Shown here: positions 54,178-64,000 of the stretch, in pieces
Position numbering within the stretch: position 1 is the stretch's first letter
How the letters are laid out: each line of letters begins with the position of its first letter
Origin: an uncultured Gemmatimonadales bacterium
GTDB taxonomy: Bacteria; Gemmatimonadota; Gemmatimonadetes; Longimicrobiales; RSA9
Assembly: GCA_963708135.1 (NCBI GenBank)
Contig: OY970192.1
Location: 5,152,001-5,216,000, forward strand
Length of the DNA stretch: 64,000 nt
Direction of reading: 5' to 3'
The notes under the pieces: generated by a model
What the model was told of the DNA's origin: nothing
Databases searched by the model: none
The model's input: only the letters and a program-made list of their open reading frames with translations
Made by a program: the position numbers and the translations under genes

Positions 54178-55395
54178 TCAGCGCAGGTTGGGGTTCGACG
54201 CCACCTCGTTGGCGCTGATCGGGATGCAGCTGTCGCGCCCGCTGAGGAAGTCGTTGTGCGCCGGCCCGGTCTCCTGGTACCAGCGGCGCAGGTCGTAGAA
54301 GCGGCGGTTCTCGAGCCACAGCACCGCGCCGCGCTCCCGCTGCAGGTCCTGCCAGGCGGTGGCCAGGTCGCCGGCGGGCAGCGCCGCCAGCCCGTAGGCC
54401 GCGCGCTCCTGGTTCATGAGGCCGTACGCCCCGTTCACGTCCTGGTTCCGCAGCGCCGCCTCCGCCCGGATGAGCAGCATCTCCGTGCCCTTCGAGAGCG
54501 GGATGTTGGCGTCCAGCGTCGCGTACTTCTGCTGCCGGAAGAACGGCGTCTTGCCGTCCTGCCCCGTCTGCAGCTTGCCGCCCGAGGTCAGCACCGTGTC
54601 CCACGGCACGCGCGGATCGGCGTCGCTGTTCCCCGCCCACTGCGTGTTGTAGACCGTGTACTCCCGGCGCGTCTGCGTCTCGTAGGCCAGCCCGTTGTTC
54701 TCGCGGCTGGTGTTGAGGGAGAAGATCGCATCGTACTCGAAGCTCGTGGGCACCTGCTGCGCGTCGGCCGCGGCGGCAGCCCAGTCGCCGAGGTCGGCGC
54801 GGATGGAGGCGCGGCCGGCGAGCGCGGCGTTCGTCAGCGTCGCATCCCCCTGCGCCTGCGCCAGCGCGAGCGCCTGCGTGAACGCGGAGTCCGCGCGCTG
54901 GAAGTGGACCGTGTAGGCTTGCGCCGCCCCGCCGTCGATGACCGCGGCGCAGACGTTCTCGCCCAGCAGGCGGTTGGCGTAGCCCATGTAGAGGTAGGCG
55001 CGCGGGGCCAGCGAGCTGGCGGCGAAGCCGGCGCCGAGCACCTCCCGCAGCCGCTGGATCCCGGTCTCGGCCACCCAGCGGGCGCGGTGCATGTCCGCCC
55101 AGTCGCCGTTCACGTTCTCGGGCGGGATGATGCCGCGGTAGTAGTAGCCCTCGTTGGCGTAGTTGCCGGCGTGGGCGAGCTCGTCCGACATGACCGTGCT
55201 CGACTGCGCCAGGTCGCTCATGGCGACGGAGAGGTCCGCCGACATCCCGGTCACGAGCCCCGGCATCGCGCTCGCCGTGCTCAGCGCATCGTCCGGCAGC
55301 GGGCCGGGGTTGGTCACCGTCAGGTCGCAGGCCGCGAGCCCCAGCGCCGCGGCGAGCAGCAGAGCTCCGCGGAGCCGCATCGTTCGATTCATCAT
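54178..55395 (-). CDS. RagB/SusD-family lipoprotein
   Basis: Lipobox LAAC, EMLLIRAEA and ERGAVLWLENRRFYDLRR. Lies directly downstream of susC. Confidence 0.9.
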   Translation of the reverse strand: MMNRTMRLRGALLLAAALGLAACDLTVTNPGPLPDDALSTASAMPGLVTGMSADLSVAMSDLAQSSTVMSDELAHAGNYANEGYYYRGIIPPENVNGDWADMHRARWVAETGIQRLREVLGAGFAASSLAPRAYLYMGYANRLLGENVCAAVIDGGAAQAYTVHFQRADSAFTQALALAQAQGDATLTNAALAGRASIRADLGDWAAAAADAQQVPTSFEYDAIFSLNTSRENNGLAYETQTRREYTVYNTQWAGNSDADPRVPWDTVLTSGGKLQTGQDGKTPFFRQQKYATLDANIPLSKGTEMLLIRAEAALRNQDVNGAYGLMNQERAAYGLAALPAGDLATAWQDLQRERGAVLWLENRRFYDLRRWYQETGPAHNDFLSGRDSCIPISANEVASNPNLR

Positions 55396-55411
55396 GGTCC
55401 GTTCTCCGCGG

Positions 55412-58348
55412 TCAGAAGTTCAGGCGCAGCGTGGCCAGGAACGTGGCCGGCGTCGGCAGCACGTAGTAGTCGCGGCGTGAGAAGCTGCCGTCCCGGAAAT
55501 CGGCGACCTCCGGGTCGGTGCCGCTGTACTTCGTGCTCGTGAGCAGGTTGCGCCCGGCCACGGTCAGCGTGGCTCCGTGCGCGCCCGGGACGAGCCCCTC
55601 CGGGATCTGGTAGCTCAGCGAGACGCTGCGCAGCTTGAAGAAGTTGGTCGGCTCGACCCACAGCGCGTAGTCGCGTACGCCGCTGGTCAGCGTGCAGCGG
55701 GCGCGGTCGAGCGCGTTCGTCCCGTCCAGGGCGCTCGGGTCGGTCTTGGACGCGCGGATCGCCGCCTGCGCGGCGTAGCACGGCTGCCACTCGGACTTGT
55801 ACGCGTTCTGGTAGGCGAGCGCGTTCAGCAGGTGCCCGCCCAGCTGCCACTCGCCCATGGCGTCGAAGGTCAGCCGCTTCATGAGCGTCAGGGTCGTGGA
55901 CGGCGCGATGATCTTCGTGGGGTACGCCGCGCCGATGTAGGCGTTCTCCTCGAACTGCGGGTCCGCGAGCTCGGTCGGGTTCGTGACCTTGCGGCCGAAG
56001 TAGGAGGGCACCGCGTAGCCCTCCTGGACGTAGGTCCGCGAGAGCGAGTTGACGGTGATCACCTGCCCGCCCAGGTCGCCCGCCTTGCTGTTGATCGTCG
56101 ACAGGTTCAGGCGCGCCGACCAGTCCAGGCTCTCGCGCCGCAGCAGCCCCACGTCCAGGCGCAGCTCGATGCCGTTGTTGAAGAGCTGCCCCACGTTCTC
56201 GAGCTGCCGGTTGGAGAAGCCCTGCGAGGGCGGGTAGACCACCGGCACCAGCGCGTCGAAGGTGTGCTGCCGGTAGTAGGTGAAGTCCACGCCCAGCCGC
56301 CCCTGCAGGGCGCTGCCCTCGAAGCCGAGCTCCGTCTCGCGCGTGCGCTCCGGGCCGAGGTCGGCATTGCCGATCTGGTCGGGCGTGAAGCCCGGCTGGC
56401 CGTTGTCGCCGGCCACCGGCAGCCAGGTCCGCACCGCGTCGAACGCGCCCGGCGCCTTGCCCGACTCGCCGATGGCGCCGCGCAGCTTGAAGCTCTCGAC
56501 CGGCTTCGGCCACCAGGCGTAGTCGGAGAGCACGTACGAGGCGCTCACCTTCGGGTACGGCTGCAGCCCGAAGCTCTGCCCGAACGAGCTGTTGCCGTCC
56601 ACGCGCAGCCCGCCCGTCACGAACAGCCGGTCCCGCAGCGCCACCGTCTCCTGCAGGAAGAAGCCCGCATTCACGACGCGCAGGTCCTCCGAGTTCGTCA
56701 CGTCGCGGCGCGCGGCCGAGGTCAGCGTCGGCGCGCCCGGCCCGGAGAAGTCCGCCGCGTCCACCGAGGTGGCCTGCGTGCGGCTGTCGAAGATCTGCCC
56801 GCCCCAGGACGAGGTGGACGCCAGCCCGAACAGCTCCGCGTGGAAGGAGCCCGCGTAGTCGGCGGAGAGCAGCGTCCGCTTCCAGCCATCCCACCACATC
56901 TCGCCCAGCGGGACGCGCAGGAAGCCGAACGGGTCGAGCGTCTGGTTGTCCAGGTTGTTGTAGTCGAAGCCCACGTTCAGCTTGTTGCTGAACCTGGAAT
57001 TGGGCGTGTAATTCACGAGCAGCCCGGTCACGTAGTGGTCCGCCTTCGTCGTGGCGTCCGTCGTGAAGATCTCGGAGTTGTGCACGCACACCATCTCCGG
57101 ATCACTGCAGCCGCCCGCCTTGAAGTTGCCGTCCGGCCCGCGCGAGACGTTCAGCAGGAAGCCGCTGCCGTTGTTGCCATCCTGGATCCACTGCGTGTTG
57201 CGCCGCGTGTAGGCCGTGTTCAGCCCGAGCTGCAGCGCCCTGGTCGGCCGGAACGAGAAGTTGCCGCGGAACCCGCCGTCGGCGCTGCCGCCGTTGCCCA
57301 CCACGCCGCGGCTGTCCCCGTAGTTGCCCGACATGTAGTAGGTCACGTCGCCCGCGCCGCCGCGCACCGACAGCCCGTAGCGCTGCACCGCCCCGTGCTT
57401 CAGCCAGCTCCCGCTGGACGGGCAGGTCGGATCCTCGAAGCGCGTGCCGTCCCCGATCACCAGGTTCGGCCCGCTGCACTCGTTCACGAACAGCCCCGTC
57501 GGATCGCTCGACGGCCCGACGTGCCCCATCCGGTTGAAGCCCTCCGAGACCTCCGCGTTCCAGCGCGGCTCCCCCGTCACACCGCTCTTCGTGAAGATCT
57601 GGATGATCCCGCCCGACGCCTCCGTGCCGTACAGCGTCGTGGCCGCCGGCCCCTTCACGATCTCGATCCGCTCGATGTCCTCGGGCGAGATGTCGTTCAG
57701 CGGCATGTCCGCCTGCCGCGCCGCGATGCTCGTCGGCGCGTGCCCGTTGTAGATGCGGATGCCGTCCACGTACACGATCGGATCGTTGCCCTGGCTGATG
57801 CTGTTGTTGCCGCGCAGCCGGATGCTCCCGCCCGCCCCCGGCTGACCCGAGTTCTGCAGCACCGTCACCCCCACCGAGCGGCCGGCCAGGATGTCCTGCG
57901 GCGTCGCCACCGGCGCCCGCGAGATCTCCGCCGCCCCGATCGCCGAGACGCTGTTGCCGATCTCCCGCTTGCGCGTCTCCCCCGTGGCCGTGACCACCAG
58001 CTCGTTCAGCGCCACCGCCGTCTGCGCGAGCTCGAAGTCCGCCGTGGCCGACGCGCCCGCCGTCACCGTCACCTGCTGCTCCGCCGGACCGTAGCCCAGC
58101 ATCGTCACGCGCACCGTGGCCGCACCGGCCGCGACGTCGGGGATCACATACGCCCCGTTCGCGTCCGCCAGCGCGCCGCGGCCCGTGCCGACGACCGCCA
58201 CCTGCGCCCCGGACAATGGCCGGGTCGTCGCGGCATCCTTGATGGTGCCGCGGATCGTGCCCCGCTGCTGCGCGCCGAGTCCCGCCGGCATCGCGGCGAG
58301 CGCGACGAGCAGCACGACGGCGGCCCCCATGGCCGTCCTGCCTCGCAT
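55412..58348 (-). CDS. SusC/RagA-family TonB-dependent receptor
   Basis: IRLRGNNS, DIERIEIVKGPAATTLYGTEASGGIIQIFTK, GNADLGPE and terminal F. Start at 58348 after AGGAGG. Confidence 0.94.
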   Translation of the reverse strand: MRGRTAMGAAVVLLVALAAMPAGLGAQQRGTIRGTIKDAATTRPLSGAQVAVVGTGRGALADANGAYVIPDVAAGAATVRVTMLGYGPAEQQVTVTAGASATADFELAQTAVALNELVVTATGETRKREIGNSVSAIGAAEISRAPVATPQDILAGRSVGVTVLQNSGQPGAGGSIRLRGNNSISQGNDPIVYVDGIRIYNGHAPTSIAARQADMPLNDISPEDIERIEIVKGPAATTLYGTEASGGIIQIFTKSGVTGEPRWNAEVSEGFNRMGHVGPSSDPTGLFVNECSGPNLVIGDGTRFEDPTCPSSGSWLKHGAVQRYGLSVRGGAGDVTYYMSGNYGDSRGVVGNGGSADGGFRGNFSFRPTRALQLGLNTAYTRRNTQWIQDGNNGSGFLLNVSRGPDGNFKAGGCSDPEMVCVHNSEIFTTDATTKADHYVTGLLVNYTPNSRFSNKLNVGFDYNNLDNQTLDPFGFLRVPLGEMWWDGWKRTLLSADYAGSFHAELFGLASTSSWGGQIFDSRTQATSVDAADFSGPGAPTLTSAARRDVTNSEDLRVVNAGFFLQETVALRDRLFVTGGLRVDGNSSFGQSFGLQPYPKVSASYVLSDYAWWPKPVESFKLRGAIGESGKAPGAFDAVRTWLPVAGDNGQPGFTPDQIGNADLGPERTRETELGFEGSALQGRLGVDFTYYRQHTFDALVPVVYPPSQGFSNRQLENVGQLFNNGIELRLDVGLLRRESLDWSARLNLSTINSKAGDLGGQVITVNSLSRTYVQEGYAVPSYFGRKVTNPTELADPQFEENAYIGAAYPTKIIAPSTTLTLMKRLTFDAMGEWQLGGHLLNALAYQNAYKSEWQPCYAAQAAIRASKTDPSALDGTNALDRARCTLTSGVRDYALWVEPTNFFKLRSVSLSYQIPEGLVPGAHGATLTVAGRNLLTSTKYSGTDPEVADFRDGSFSRRDYYVLPTPATFLATLRLNF

Positions 58349-59021
58349 AGTCCGCCTCCTGGAAAGTCGATCGAGCCCCGCTTCGGGTGCGTTCTGGAAT
58401 ACGTTGCTGGATACCTTCTGCCGCCGGTGAGACGGGAGAACGGCCCCGATCGGGCACGGCGGCCACCGGTGTTCGCGCGTGCGACCGGTACCGCCGCCAT
58501 GCGGGCCAGCCCGCCCGAGTATGAAACGAGATCCAGTCAACGCGCGCGCGCGACCGGCGGCAATGCCGATCGCGCGGGGGGCGCTGTGGGGGAGTTCACC
58601 ACACGGGCGGCGAACGCGGCGGTCGCTCCAGTGTACGACGTTGGCGCCGTTGGTGGGGGCGGGTCCGACACCTCGCGGTGCGGAATTCCGGACAGGATTT
58701 CCTCCGCTGCCCTACATGCGGCGGCGGGCGCGCACCGTTGATTGGCGAGACCGGAAGGCGAGACGAGTGTTGGCCTGCCTGGGAAGCGCTGCCGCGCTGG
58801 ACCCGGCTTGCTTCCGGGCGGTACCTCCTCGACACGGGTGGGTGGGTGGACCGAGATCGTGACAGCTCTGTTGCGCCGCAGGGTGGCGCCACCTTCCCGC
58901 GACTCCTCTCGCGGGCCGGGACGTTCCCGGTCCCGCACTCCCGCCGGGCGGATCGGTCCCGGCCCGCGAGCCTGCAGCCGGGCGCGCGGCTCTTCGTCTC
59001 CACATTGTTCGGAGGTGCACC

Positions 59022-60437
59022 ATGCGGGACGCGTCTCGTGGCCGTGCCGGCCGCGCCGTAGCGGTCGGGTTCCTTCTGTTGCTGAGCGCGTCGCCGACGC
59101 TGGCGGCCGGCCGGCGGGGCGGCGGGCTGTGGATGGGTGGGCGGAGGGTGGCGCTGTCCGCGGCAACGCGGGCGCTGCCGATTCCGAGCTTCTCGCGTCA
59201 GACGAAGCTCGCGTGCAACGTTTGCCACACCGCGTTCCTTCAGCTCACGCCGTTCGGCCGGCTGTTCAAGCTGAATGGCTACACGATGACGGGGATCGAG
59301 AAGGTGACGGCGGGGAAGGGAGCCGCGGGTGCGGGCCTGTCGCTCGACCTGATTCCCCCCGTCTCGGTAATGGTACAGGCGTCGTTGACCCACGTATCGG
59401 ACGCGCCGCCGGGCACGGAGAACGACCAGGCGGAGTTCCCCGACCAGATGAGCCTGTTCGTGGGCGAGGCGATCACGCCGCGCATCGGCACGTTCCTGCA
59501 GTTCACCTACGCGGGACCGGACGGCTCCTTCGGCTGGGACAACGCGGACATCCGCTTCGCCAACCACGCGAGTATCGGCGGCCGCCCGATCATCTACGGC
59601 GTGACGCTGAACAACAACCCCTCTGTCCAGGACGTGTGGAACAGCACGCCGGCGTGGAGCTGGCCCTTTGCGGGCTCGAGCGTAGCGCCCGGCCCGGCGG
59701 CGGCCACGGCCGTCGAGGGCGACCTGGCGCAGCGCGTGGCGGGGCTCGGCGGCTACATCTTCTGGAACAACCTGCTCTACGCCGAGCTGACCGGCTACCG
59801 CTCGGCGCCGCAGGGGGGGCCCCATCCCGCGGATGAGACGGCGGAGCAGACCATCGAGGGGGTGAGCCCGTACTGGCGGGTGGCGCTCTCGCACGACATG
59901 CAGACGCAGTCGATCGAGGTCGGCACGTTCGGGCTGTCAACGCGCGAGTACCCCTCCGGCATCACGGGGCTGACCAACGGCTACACCGATATCGGGCTCG
60001 ACGGGCAGTATCAGTACTTCTTCGCCAACTCCAACATCACCGCGCACGGCAGCTACATCCGCGAGAAGCAGAACCTGAACGCCGGCTTCCAGTCGGGTGA
60101 TGCGGCCAACAACGACGACGTGCTGCACAGCTTCAAGGCGGATGCCGAGCTGGTCCTGCAATCCGGTATCGCGCCCGGGCTCGGCTTCTTCGCCACCTCC
60201 GGGGGCGCCGACCCGGGCCTGTACCCGGAAGGCGAGGTGGACGGCAGCCTCACGCACAAGCCGAACAGCAGCGGCTTCATTGCCGAGCTGGACGTGAACC
60301 CCTGGCTGAACACTCGCCTCACCGCGCAGTATGTGCTCTACAGCAAGTTCAACGGCGCGAGCACCAACTACGACGGCGCCGGGCGCAACGCGTCCGACAA
60401 CAACACGCTGTACCTGCTGGCCTGGCTGGTCTTCTGA
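59022..60437 (+). CDS. Cyc2-like fused monoheme cytochrome c / outer membrane beta-barrel
   Basis: Signal peptide, then IPSFSRQTKLACNVCHTAFLQLTPFGRLFKLNGY (CXXCH at 59214-59228), a beta-strand-rich body and C-terminal YLLAWLVF. Confidence 0.85.
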   Translation: MRDASRGRAGRAVAVGFLLLLSASPTLAAGRRGGGLWMGGRRVALSAATRALPIPSFSRQTKLACNVCHTAFLQLTPFGRLFKLNGYTMTGIEKVTAGKGAAGAGLSLDLIPPVSVMVQASLTHVSDAPPGTENDQAEFPDQMSLFVGEAITPRIGTFLQFTYAGPDGSFGWDNADIRFANHASIGGRPIIYGVTLNNNPSVQDVWNSTPAWSWPFAGSSVAPGPAAATAVEGDLAQRVAGLGGYIFWNNLLYAELTGYRSAPQGGPHPADETAEQTIEGVSPYWRVALSHDMQTQSIEVGTFGLSTREYPSGITGLTNGYTDIGLDGQYQYFFANSNITAHGSYIREKQNLNAGFQSGDAANNDDVLHSFKADAELVLQSGIAPGLGFFATSGGADPGLYPEGEVDGSLTHKPNSSGFIAELDVNPWLNTRLTAQYVLYSKFNGASTNYDGAGRNASDNNTLYLLAWLVF

Positions 60438-60480
60438 TCCGCCGGGCGTGAACAGGAGGGCAACGACTCTCACTGGAGGT

Positions 60481-60945
60481 ATGATGCGCATCATGCACGC
60501 TCTCGCGAGGACCGGCCTCATCGCCGCGGCGGTCCTGCTCCCGGCCGGCCTGGCCCGGCCCGCACAGGCGACACCGGCGGCCTCCGCCCCGCGCGGCGCC
60601 CGGCCTGCCGTGCCGCAGGACACCGGGCAGGCCGCGGCGCCCTGTCCGGAGATCACCAAGGACCTCGTCGGCCAGGGCAAGAAGCTCTTCACCGGCTCCG
60701 GCAACTGCTTCACCTGCCACGGCGCCAACGCGAAGGGGACGCCGCTCGCCCCGGACCTCACGGACAAGACCTGGCTCCAGATCGACGGCAGCTATCCCGC
60801 CATCGTGAAGCTGATCCACACCGGCGTGCCGCAGCCCAAGGAGCACCCCGCGCCGATGCCGGCGATGGGCGGCGCGCAGCTGAGCGAATCCCAGATCTGT
60901 GCCGTGGGAGCGTACGTCTTCTCCCTCACGCACCCGATCTCCTGA
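60481..60945 (+). CDS. Periplasmic monoheme c-type cytochrome
   Basis: Signal peptide, GKKLF...CFTCHG...APDL, and candidate axial Met in MPAMGG. Confidence 0.88.
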   Translation: MMRIMHALARTGLIAAAVLLPAGLARPAQATPAASAPRGARPAVPQDTGQAAAPCPEITKDLVGQGKKLFTGSGNCFTCHGANAKGTPLAPDLTDKTWLQIDGSYPAIVKLIHTGVPQPKEHPAPMPAMGGAQLSESQICAVGAYVFSLTHPIS

Positions 60946-61166
60946 CGGCCCTCTGCCGCCGGCGGGTGTGCCCCGCCGGCGGCCCCACGGCGCCGCTCCT
61001 GTCCACGTCCGGGGAAGGCGCCTACATTGACCTCCTCCCGGAAACTCATCCGGTGTCAATGCCGCGCGGCCCCTGAGGGGGGCGCGCGGAACCGGCCGGG
61101 CCCCCCGTCGCATTCTTCCTAGGATTCAGCCGCGGCCCGGCGAGGGCCACGGGAAAGGTCGGCGCG

Positions 61167-62357
61167 TTGGGCAAGCTCGTGGTCCTCATGATCACGGCGT
61201 TCGTGGACATGGTGGGGCTCCTCGCGGTGCTCCCCCTGTTGCCCTTCTACGCCCTGAAGTTCGGCGCCAACGGGCTGGTGATCGGGCTGCTGGTCTCGTC
61301 CTTCGCGATCGCGCAGCTCATCGCGGCGCCGTTCTGGGGCCGCGTCTCCGACCGCTACGGCCGCCGGCCGGCGCTGCTGATCGGGCTGGGCGCCTCGACC
61401 ATCGCCTACGTCGTCTTCGGCTTCGCCGACTCGATCTGGCTGCTCTTCATCTCGCGGCTGGTGCAGGGCGCCGGCGGCGGGACCGTGAGCGTGATCCAGG
61501 CCTACGTCGCAGATGCGACGCAGCCGCGCGACCGGGCCAAGGCGCTCGGCTGGCTCTCCGCCGCGACCAACCTCGGCGTCACGATCGGTCCCGTCATCGG
61601 CTCGCTCACGCATTCCTGGGGCGATGCCGCGCCGGGCCTGTTCGCGGCCGGCCTGTGCCTCGTCAACATGGGCTTCGCCGCGCGCTTCCTCACGGAGACC
61701 CACACGGGCACGGAGCGGCAGCCCGGCGTGCGCGTGGGCACCTCCCGCGAGGCGGTGATCCGGGTGGTGACCCACTCCGCCGAGCCAGCGCCCCGGCTCA
61801 TCTGGATCTACTCGATCACCATGGGCGCCTTCCAGGCGATGACGGCCGTGCTCGCCCTCTTCCTCGCCGCCCGCTACGGCGTGGACGAGCGGAACATCGG
61901 CTACTTCTTCATGTACGTGGGCGCGATCAGCGTGGTCACGCGCGCCTTCGTCCTCGGCCGCATGGTCAACTGGCTGGGCGAGGCGCGCCTGTCGCGCGTG
62001 GGGCTCGTCACGCTCGCCGCCGGGCTCGCCACCATGCCGCTCACGCACAGCTACGCCACCCTCGCCGTCAGCGTCGCGCTGGTCCCGGTCGGCACCGCCT
62101 TCACCTTCCCGTGCGTGACCGCGCTGCTCTCGAAGGTGATCGGCAGCCACGAGCGTGGCCTCTACCTGGGCGTCCAGCAGACTTTCGGCGGGATGGCCCG
62201 GGTGCTCGGGCCGCTCTGGGCCGGCTTCGCCTGGGACCATCTCGGCATCGGCTGGCCGTTCTGGACCTCCGCCGCGCTCGTGCTCGGCGTGATCTTCCTC
62301 GGCCTCGACATGGAGCGCTACACCGAGCCGGAGGCCGGCACCGTTCCGGCGGACTGA
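61167..62357 (+). CDS. MFS transporter (TetA/DHA1-like)
   Basis: Motif A WGRVSDRYGRRP, about 12 TM helices, TTG start. Confidence 0.9.
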   Translation: MGKLVVLMITAFVDMVGLLAVLPLLPFYALKFGANGLVIGLLVSSFAIAQLIAAPFWGRVSDRYGRRPALLIGLGASTIAYVVFGFADSIWLLFISRLVQGAGGGTVSVIQAYVADATQPRDRAKALGWLSAATNLGVTIGPVIGSLTHSWGDAAPGLFAAGLCLVNMGFAARFLTETHTGTERQPGVRVGTSREAVIRVVTHSAEPAPRLIWIYSITMGAFQAMTAVLALFLAARYGVDERNIGYFFMYVGAISVVTRAFVLGRMVNWLGEARLSRVGLVTLAAGLATMPLTHSYATLAVSVALVPVGTAFTFPCVTALLSKVIGSHERGLYLGVQQTFGGMARVLGPLWAGFAWDHLGIGWPFWTSAALVLGVIFLGLDMERYTEPEAGTVPAD

Positions 62358-62430
62358 GGCAGGCGACGCAGCCCGCGCCGCCGCGTCGCCTGCCGCACCC
62401 GCAGGGCACCCTCACGTTACCGGAGCCGCC

Positions 62431-62973
62431 ATGGATGGGACCCGCCTGGGCGAGGCCTTCCTCGCCGACGTGCTCGCCACGTTCGAGCGCCAGAAGGAGC
62501 GCGCCGACCGCGCCCTCGCGCAGCTCGGCGAGGACGAGCTGTTCCTCGCGCCCGATCCGGAGGCCAACAGCGTGGCCGTGCTGATGCAGCACCTGGCCGG
62601 CAACATGCGCTCGCGCTACACCGGCTACCTCACGACCGACGGCGAGAAGCCCGACCGCAACCGCGACGCCGAGTTCGTGGTCGCGCCCGGCACCACGCCG
62701 GCGGCGCTCCAGGAGCGCTGGGAGGAGGCGTGGGCGCTGCAGGACGCAACGATCGGGGCCCTGTGCGCCGCCGACCTCGAGGCGACGGTCCACTACCGCG
62801 GCCGCGCCGAGACGGTGCTCCAGTCGCTGCTGAAGCAGCTCGACCATGCCGCGCTGCACGTCGGCCAGATCATCTACCTCGCCCGCCACATCCGCGGCTC
62901 GGCGTGGAAGACGCTGACGATCGAGCGCGGGAAGACGAGGGAGTACCACGACAGGATCGGCTACCGGCCGTAG
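62431..62973 (+). CDS. DUF1572/DinB-family protein
   Basis: NSVAVLMQHLAGNMRSR, DGEKPDRNRDAEF and HAALHVGQI. Confidence 0.88.
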   Translation: MDGTRLGEAFLADVLATFERQKERADRALAQLGEDELFLAPDPEANSVAVLMQHLAGNMRSRYTGYLTTDGEKPDRNRDAEFVVAPGTTPAALQERWEEAWALQDATIGALCAADLEATVHYRGRAETVLQSLLKQLDHAALHVGQIIYLARHIRGSAWKTLTIERGKTREYHDRIGYRP

Positions 62974-64000
62974 GGCGGGCCCGTGCCGGGACCGCCCGGT
63001 GCGATCCGCAGCTCCGGGCCGCCGCGGGCGGCGCGCAGGCGCTCCTCGGCGAGGCGGTCGGCGGCGACGTCGGTGGTGATCCCCTCGGCGGCGGCGGTGT
63101 CCAGGAGGCGGAGCACGGTGTCGTGGATGCCGCGCACCTTCTCGAGCGTGCGCTCGCTCGCCCAGCCGACCACCTCGCGGCAGCCGTTGATGACGCCGCC
63201 CGCGTTGGCGATATAGTCGGGGATGTAGAGGATGCCGCGCTCGGTGAGAGCGCGGCCGTCGCCCGGCCCGAGCAGCTGGTTGTTGGCCGCGCCGGCCACG
63301 ATCTCGACGCGCAGGCGCGGGATGCTCCTCTCGTTCAGCACGCCGCCCAGCGCGCACGGGGCGAAGACGTCGGCGCTCTGGTCCAGGATCTCGCTGGTCG
63401 GCACCACCCGCGCGTCGTGGTCGGCCGCGAGCCGCGCCGCCTTGGCGCCGTCCACATCGCTCACGATCAGCCGGGCGCCCGCCGCGGCGAGCAGCCGGCA
63501 CAGCGCCGTCCCGACGTGGCCGCACCCCTGCACGGCGACGGTGCGGCCGGCGAGGGAGCCGTTTCCCCAACGCCACTGCGCCGCGGCTTCCATCGCGCGG
63601 AACACGCCGAGCGCCGTGTACGGCGAGGGGTCGCCGGAGAGGCCCGGCAGCCCGGCGACGTGCAATGTCGCCTCGCGCACGACCTGCATGTCCGCGGGTC
63701 CCGTTCCCACGTCCTCGCCGGTGATGTAGGTGCCACCCAGCCGCTCGATGAAGCGGCCATGCGCGCGCAGCACCTCGCGCCGGTCGGCGCCCGGCTCCGG
63801 CTCGAGGATCACCGACTTGCCGCCGCCGAGAGGGATATCCGCCGCAGCGTTCTTGTAGGTCATCCCGCGCGCCAGCCGCAGCGCGTCCGTGATGGCGTCC
63901 TCCTCCGTCTCGTAGCGCCAGAAGCGCGTGCCGCCCACCGCCGGCCCGAGCGTCGTCGAGTGGATGGCGATGACGCCACGGTACCCCGCGGCGGGGTCCT
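62961..64000 (-). CDS. Leu/Phe/Val dehydrogenase (5' end outside the window)
   Basis: IAIHSTTLGPAVGGTR, GMTYKNA, GGGKSV, EDVG, GDPSPYTA, VQGCGHVG, GAANNQL and PDYIANAGG. Confidence 0.93.
   Translation of the reverse strand, partial: DPAAGYRGVIAIHSTTLGPAVGGTRFWRYETEEDAITDALRLARGMTYKNAAADIPLGGGKSVILEPEPGADRREVLRAHGRFIERLGGTYITGEDVGTGPADMQVVREATLHVAGLPGLSGDPSPYTALGVFRAMEAAAQWRWGNGSLAGRTVAVQGCGHVGTALCRLLAAAGARLIVSDVDGAKAARLAADHDARVVPTSEILDQSADVFAPCALGGVLNERSIPRLRVEIVAGAANNQLLGPGDGRALTERGILYIPDYIANAGGVINGCREVVGWASERTLEKVRGIHDTVLRLLDTAAAEGITTDVAADRLAEERLRAARGGPELRIAPGGPGTGPPYGR

Noticed and set aside
58349..59021. Riboswitch or Fur/FNR site between susC and the cyc2-like gene
   Set aside because: I could not recognise a convincing consensus by eye. 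An Rfam/Infernal scan would be needed.

Overview
A very GC-rich bacterial chromosome segment. Its SusC/SusD-type receptors and several ADOP-type duplicated ABC permeases suggest Gemmatimonadota, but that is inference only. It holds about 45 protein-coding genes and no rRNA, tRNA, CRISPR-cas, transposase or reverse transcriptase that I can see. Recognisable genes include two SusC/RagA TonB-dependent receptors (one with SusD), a CapA-family phosphoesterase, an EamA transporter, a dipeptide epimerase, an ECF sigma/membrane protein/serine hydrolase trio, bcp, pncA, a serpin, ispG, an L,D-transpeptidase-family protein, an SprT-like protein, a frameshifted marC, SRAP/YedK, an amidohydrolase, a class V aminotransferase, an MFS transporter and a partial Leu/Phe/Val dehydrogenase. 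A large TolC-HlyD-ABC-ADOP export cluster lies next to a sigma-54 two-component system. The most notable observations are: (1) a Cyc2-like fused cytochrome-porin followed by a periplasmic monoheme cytochrome c, a candidate extracellular electron transfer or Fe(II) oxidation module; (2) a four-helix-bundle (23S-IVP/Avd-like) gene enclosed in a 63-bp inverted repeat and short tandem repeats; (3) several families of dispersed palindromic elements, two of which share a ~61-bp period; (4) one hexamer repeat family inserted in frame in two unrelated genes in different reading frames; and (5) a repeated UAS plus variant -24/-12 promoter motif that suggests a sigma-54 regulon for the ADOP exporters. 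All family assignments come from motif recognition, with no database search.
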